A stretch of 64,000 nucleotides of DNA from Cladosporium halotolerans (taxonomy: Eukaryota), in NCBI RefSeq assembly GCF_011745625.1, contig NW_027191493.1, positions 62,001 to 126,000 on the forward strand, in the 5' to 3' direction. Shown one piece after another: positions 59,186-64,000 of this stretch; within the stretch, counting starts at the first letter, position 1; every line of letters starts with the position of its first letter. Both the position numbers and the translations under genes were made by a program. The notes below the pieces were generated by a model. The model saw only the letters and a list, made by a program, of their open reading frames with translations, was not told the origin of the DNA and did no database searches.

Positions 59186-62100
59186 GGAGGTGAGGGCCGC
59201 GCCAGGGCCGGTTCGGAAGGCGGTGTCAGCGGGCCAGAAGTGTTCGAGCAGCGCGGGAAAGGACTGGTATGTTGCGAGACCGGTCGCAGTGTTCTGCTAG
59301 CTGGGTGTTTCCTTCAGATATGCATGTACTGAATTGTCGGGTGTGTCCAGGCGAGCTCGGTCGCAGGAAGACGGGTCGCTTCGCAGAAGCTGGGAGTGCG
59401 TGTGTGAAAGAGGGAGCGATTGGACGTCGGACCAGAAGCCGGCTTTCGGGGCGGGTTGTAGCGACAGGATGCGCACGAGCGCGGCGGACAGGGAGATGGT
59501 GCCGGTAGGAGATGGGCTGGAGGGTGGATGCTGGGCGGTGATGATGTCGGTGGTGATGGGCTGGCGATGGAGGAGCGGTGGTGGTGCAGGCGGTGGATGC
59601 GGATGGCAACGATGGGCGAGCGGTCGGTGCGTAGGTCGGGAAACGGGAGTCCGGCGCGGCGTGGAGGTGCGTCTTCAGACGACTGGCGGGCGCTGCAGGC
59701 AGGCCGTGGTGGTATGGATGCGATGCGAGATGGGCGAAAGAGCGGCGGCGGGCACGAGGGTGGCGAGCGGCGAGGGCCTGCGCTCGGGCTCGAGGCTCAA
59801 TGCTCGATGCGTGGTGGGCGTGGTGGGCGAGCGGGCGTGGTGCTGGCGCTGCAGCTGGGCGATGGGCGAGGAACACGAGGCGGAGGACGAGCGCCCAGCT
59901 CAGGACGGGCTGCGGACGGGCTGCAGTGCTGCACGCGGCCGGCGTCGTGGAGGCGGCGCGCGCGCTCCAGCCGGGCTAGTCGAGCCTGTCCGCCGTCGCT
60001 TGGCGCACGCGGCACCGCAGCCCAGGCCTGCAAACGCAAATGCAAACGCTTCCGCAATCTGCCACACGAACTTAATCCTCGCGTTTGATTGCTGCATCTC
60101 CCGTCACTTAATAAGGCGTATGCAACACACTGCCCAACTGTTTACAGTATACACAGTGTGTAGTCACCTCGACCAGTGCCGCTCGAGCAGCTGGACATCA
60201 ACTCATCCACACCACCCGTGGCACCTCACTCCCCCGCTGCCGAGGGCGTGTCGCAGGGTGGCAGCACACGTCGCCGCTCTCTCTATTCTTAGCGCAAGAT
60301 TCGCACTCAGCACGCGCCGTTGCGCTCTAGTCGCTCCCTTGACGTAGCAGCACGCCTCGCCCGCCCGCATGCCCTCAGCCGAAGCACGTTGGGGAGCGCG
60401 CACAACCCAGCAACGCGTTGGCTAGTGCTCGCGGTCATGAAAATCATCGCTCCCGTCGTGCCCTGTACGTACCGCAACTGCACCTACAAACCCTGGTGCT
60501 TGTCCTGGTGCGCCAGCTGTGTGCCGTCTTCTGCCGCTGCACCCTTCTCCCATCTGCCGCCGCCGCTTCTGCAAGGTCCCAGGCGCGGCTGAGGCGCCTT
60601 CTCCAACGCCTTCACGCTTGGGCCCCGTCTCCCAATTCGGGCTTCTCATGGACGCTAAAGCCTTGCTCGACTCGGCTGCCGGCACGCTGACGTCTCTGAC
60701 CTCTCGTATCTGGGGCGCCGCGCCTGCGATCGAGATGCCGCCTGGCTTGCGCGCCGTGGGGATCCAGGAACAGGCGTGCCGGCCCAGAAGGCAGCCACCA
60801 GGATCGCCTTGGTTTTGGGACTACGAGGACCCGCTTGGTCGGAGAATTAAGGCGCTCTGCTTCTGGCCAGTCTGCGAAGTGAGAAGCCGTGTCACAAAGC
60901 CCGCATGTCCTGCTTGACCGTTAGCTTTCATGCGATCTTGCATGCGTCGCCATTCCTTCTGCGTGGAGAGGACCCGTCGTGCCACAGCAGCAGCACCAGC
61001 AGCGTTGAAATGCACGCTCCAGTTTGCTTCTCGACCATGCAGATCCTCTTCTGTGACACTTGAGAATGCTGTCACGCTTGTAACGTTTCAGCGTGGTCAT
61101 CTCGCTACACCTCGCTACGGTGCCGGTAGGCCGAGATCGTCTGCTGAACGATTCATCAGGACATGAAGATGCGTTCCTCATGCGATCGCTGCCGTTGAAT
61201 GCGATTCACTGTCACTTGTGCTGGTGTGTCCTTGATCCCGCTAGTGAAATTGTTCCCCACTGCTACGCTTTGTTATTCTGTCAACATCTTCTTGCAATGA
61301 GTAGCCAACTTGCACGCGTCTAGATCAGACGACGACCACAGCTGGGAACTTGACGATCGTCCAGTGGACACAATTCGAGTCAACAGGCCTCTCACGGTTT
61401 TTGCGTGTAGGTCGCGAACTTCATCTCCAATGTTCGCTTCGATTCGAGTCCATATCACTCGAAGAGCCCAAGTCTCGATCGTCAATACTTGTTGGTGTTT
61501 GTAAAGGATGATCCATTTCATGTTACGTAAGAGAGATTGGGCTATATGAGGCTGTGTGCCAAGCCTTGGCTGTCACTCCTTCCATCCGTAACAATGCTGG
61601 CGATGAAGCTATCACCTCCCGACATGGGCTATGTAATATTATACTCCAAAGTACTGCGAGCCAGAGTCTGCCCTAGACTCGGCACCTGGCCATGTACTGT
61701 TCCACGTCGCCGTGTGGCCGTCAAGTCCCGTGACCACCCCAGGCCTCGAACAACAACTCTCCATGTGATCGTCCCTCTCCCATTCCTGACCGCTTTCTCA
61801 CACAGCAACATTGTCACTATCGGCTACATGTTATGTTGTCTCACGAATCACCACAAACGCTGCGTCAAAATTTGTAACAGCTCGCTTCCCTTACCCTCGT
61901 AAGCGCTTTCCAACCCCATCGCCCTCCGCCTCCCCGGCGGACGTCTTCGCTGCTTGCTCCGAAATATTGACATCCCATTAGCGCCCGCTCTGAAGTGGCC
62001 AACGAGATGTCAGATCGGAAATGTGTCAGGGTAAGGCGATGGGGATGGTATGGAACCTATTGTTCTTGCTGATGGCGGATGACGTTGGATGGGGTTGGGA

Positions 62101-62845
62101 TGGGGGCTGCGTTTCCGCGGATCGGTGAATGGGCGCTTTGCGATGTGAATTGGAGAGACACGGACAAGGCGCTTTGGATGGGATGAGATTTTTTTCTGGT
62201 CATGTGCAATCTATTGAAGTGTGTGGTAAAGGATCATTCAGGATGAGACGGCGAGAGGGCATGGTCTTTGCCGTTCATGTTTGGAAAGACGGTGAAAACG
62301 CCTTCCCGTGGACCATTTCATGAACAAATCTTGACACGAAAAGCCGTCCATCGGTCGGTCTAGGCAACCTTGTCCCAGAGGACAACTAGACTTCAAAAAC
62401 CGGCTCGCAATTTTCTTCGGATTGTAAACTTATTATCTCAATCGTTTTCGAGCGGCTTACTCCGCTTGTCGACTGATCATTGCGAACGTAAATATTTCTT
62501 TGCCATCGTCTCGCGTTCTCGAAACACTACCCCAAGTCGCGCGAGTCATGGGTCTCGAGCAACGCCCGCCCGTCGGCATGTGAAGAAGCTCCGCAGTGAA
62601 GCTTGATCGCGGGAAGCTCTCACATTTTCCCGACTTGCGAAGAACCAACAAACACGTCGCATATCTATCCGGCTCTTGGGCTTGCACCTCCTATTTATGA
62701 CAGTGGATCTCGTACAAACAGCTGTCAGCGTGAAACCAGAGCGCAAACCCCAACCCATCCAGCAGCGCTTTCGCGCACAAAACAAGCCACCACCCAATAC
62801 CTCTCTCTCTCTCCCGCCCGTGGCCATACGCAGAACAAAAGCACA

Positions 62846-63874
62846 ATGCAATCCGCCCGCCAAATCGCCCGCCTCAACGAAACAGAACTGCAGAAGTGCA
62901 TCCCGCCCTCCGCCTCCTGGCACACCGACTACCGCGACACGGCCTACATCCACATCGGCGGCCTGCCTTTTGAGTTGTCCGAGGGCGACGTCCTGACCAT
63001 CTTCTCGCAGTACGGAAACCCCGTGCACGTCAATCTGGTCAGGGACAAGGAGACGGGGAAGAGCAGGGGGTTCGCGTTTTTGAAGTATGAGGATCAGAGG
63101 AGCTGTGATCTTGCGGTGGACAATTTGAGTGGCGCGGGCGTGCTGGGGAGGGTGCTGGCGGTGGATCATTGTCGGTACAAGTTGAAGGAGGGGGAGGTGG
63201 AGGGCGAGGGTATGGAGGATGATGTTGGAGAGGAGGCTGCGGATGATACTGATAGGGAAGGTGAGGGGAGGAGGAAGAGAAGGCGGCGGAGTAGGAGTGA
63301 GAGTGGGAGTGAGGAGGAGGAGAGCAGACCGATGGTCAGGGAGGAAGTGGAGCTGGCGAAGCTGATGAAGGAGCATGATGAGGATGATCCTATGAAGGAG
63401 TTTTTAATTAAAGAGAAGAAGGAGGAGGTTGCGGACGCTTTAAAGAGGCTGGAGGTCTCGAAGAAGGAGGGGAGTGGCAGGGAGCGGAATGGGGAGAGGA
63501 AGAGGAGATATCATCGGTCGCGGAGGCATGACTCCGAGGATGAGGAGGAGCGGAGAGAGAGGCATCGGGCGAGAAGAGAAAGGGAGAAGGATGATGATCG
63601 GAGGGATGGGCACCGATCGCGACGCACAGAAGATGGGGACGAGAGGCGGGAAAAGCACCGGTCACGCAGGGAGGATGATGCTGATGACCGCGGTAAGGAC
63701 CATCGGGGATCGAGACGTGACGATTCCGAAGACGAGCATTATTCTCGTAGAAGAGATGACGAGCGAAGATCGAGGCGCGAACGGTCTGCTGAAAGGGAGC
63801 CCGAACGTCGGAATGGACACGACCGATCACGGCGTGATGATGCTCGAGAAGACGACCGCCAAAGACGGGACTGA
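62846..63874 (+). CDS. IST3: RES complex RRM subunit Ist3/Snu17/Cwf29 (RBMX2-like) with long R/D/E-rich tail
   Basis: SWHTDYRDTAYIHIGGLPFELSEGD, VRDKETGKSRGFAFLKYEDQRSCDLAVDNL and DDPMKEFL. Confidence 0.93.
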   Translation: MQSARQIARLNETELQKCIPPSASWHTDYRDTAYIHIGGLPFELSEGDVLTIFSQYGNPVHVNLVRDKETGKSRGFAFLKYEDQRSCDLAVDNLSGAGVLGRVLAVDHCRYKLKEGEVEGEGMEDDVGEEAADDTDREGEGRRKRRRRSRSESGSEEEESRPMVREEVELAKLMKEHDEDDPMKEFLIKEKKEEVADALKRLEVSKKEGSGRERNGERKRRYHRSRRHDSEDEEERRERHRARREREKDDDRRDGHRSRRTEDGDERREKHRSRREDDADDRGKDHRGSRRDDSEDEHYSRRRDDERRSRRERSAEREPERRNGHDRSRRDDAREDDRQRRD

Positions 63875-64000
63875 GCCCGGATCGAGTGTCAGCATGCAAG
63901 AATGAAGCTCTCGCATCCTGCTGCACTGCAAGCTTCCATGTACAGCATAATATTAGTAAGGACACTACACCTCATCCCCCTTCAACTTGGACGTCCTCTC

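Noticed and set aside
59226..60917. ORFs 59334-60347 + and 59226-59876 -
   Set aside because: Low-complexity Arg/Gly/Pro/His translations from skewed GC-rich DNA, more likely 5' UTR or promoter of the membrane-protein gene.

Overview
Gene-dense (~55% GC) filamentous ascomycete DNA with short GT-AG introns; a Dothideomycete origin is my inference from gene style, not a database result. Conserved genes: partial ROK1, a divergent L-rhamnose pair (LRA1/LRA2), an amidohydrolase, RAX1-like RGS, RFC5, mannose-6-phosphate isomerase, ARF6, tRNA-Leu(CAG) with intron, an intronless Argonaute, a GT8, a mitochondrial carrier, a RhaR-related Zn2Cys6 factor, frataxin, DPH3, a Whi5/Nrm1-motif protein, a Ser/Thr-rich membrane protein and IST3. 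Accessory or decaying patches lie at about 16-20.7, 24.7-29.6, 35-43.4 and 46.4-49.3 kb. Best second-look items: (1) a nested [D1,2] spliceosomal twin intron needed to keep the Zn2Cys6 gene in frame; (2) an Argonaute with an altered catalytic Glu finger and 5'-phosphate pocket; (3) three places where a single in-frame stop separates continuous reading frames; (4) a ~500-nt intergenic fold-back rich in G-U pairs; (5) a CGG-N11-CCG site beside a CreA-type site in the LRA promoter. All family calls come from motif recognition by eye; no searches were run.
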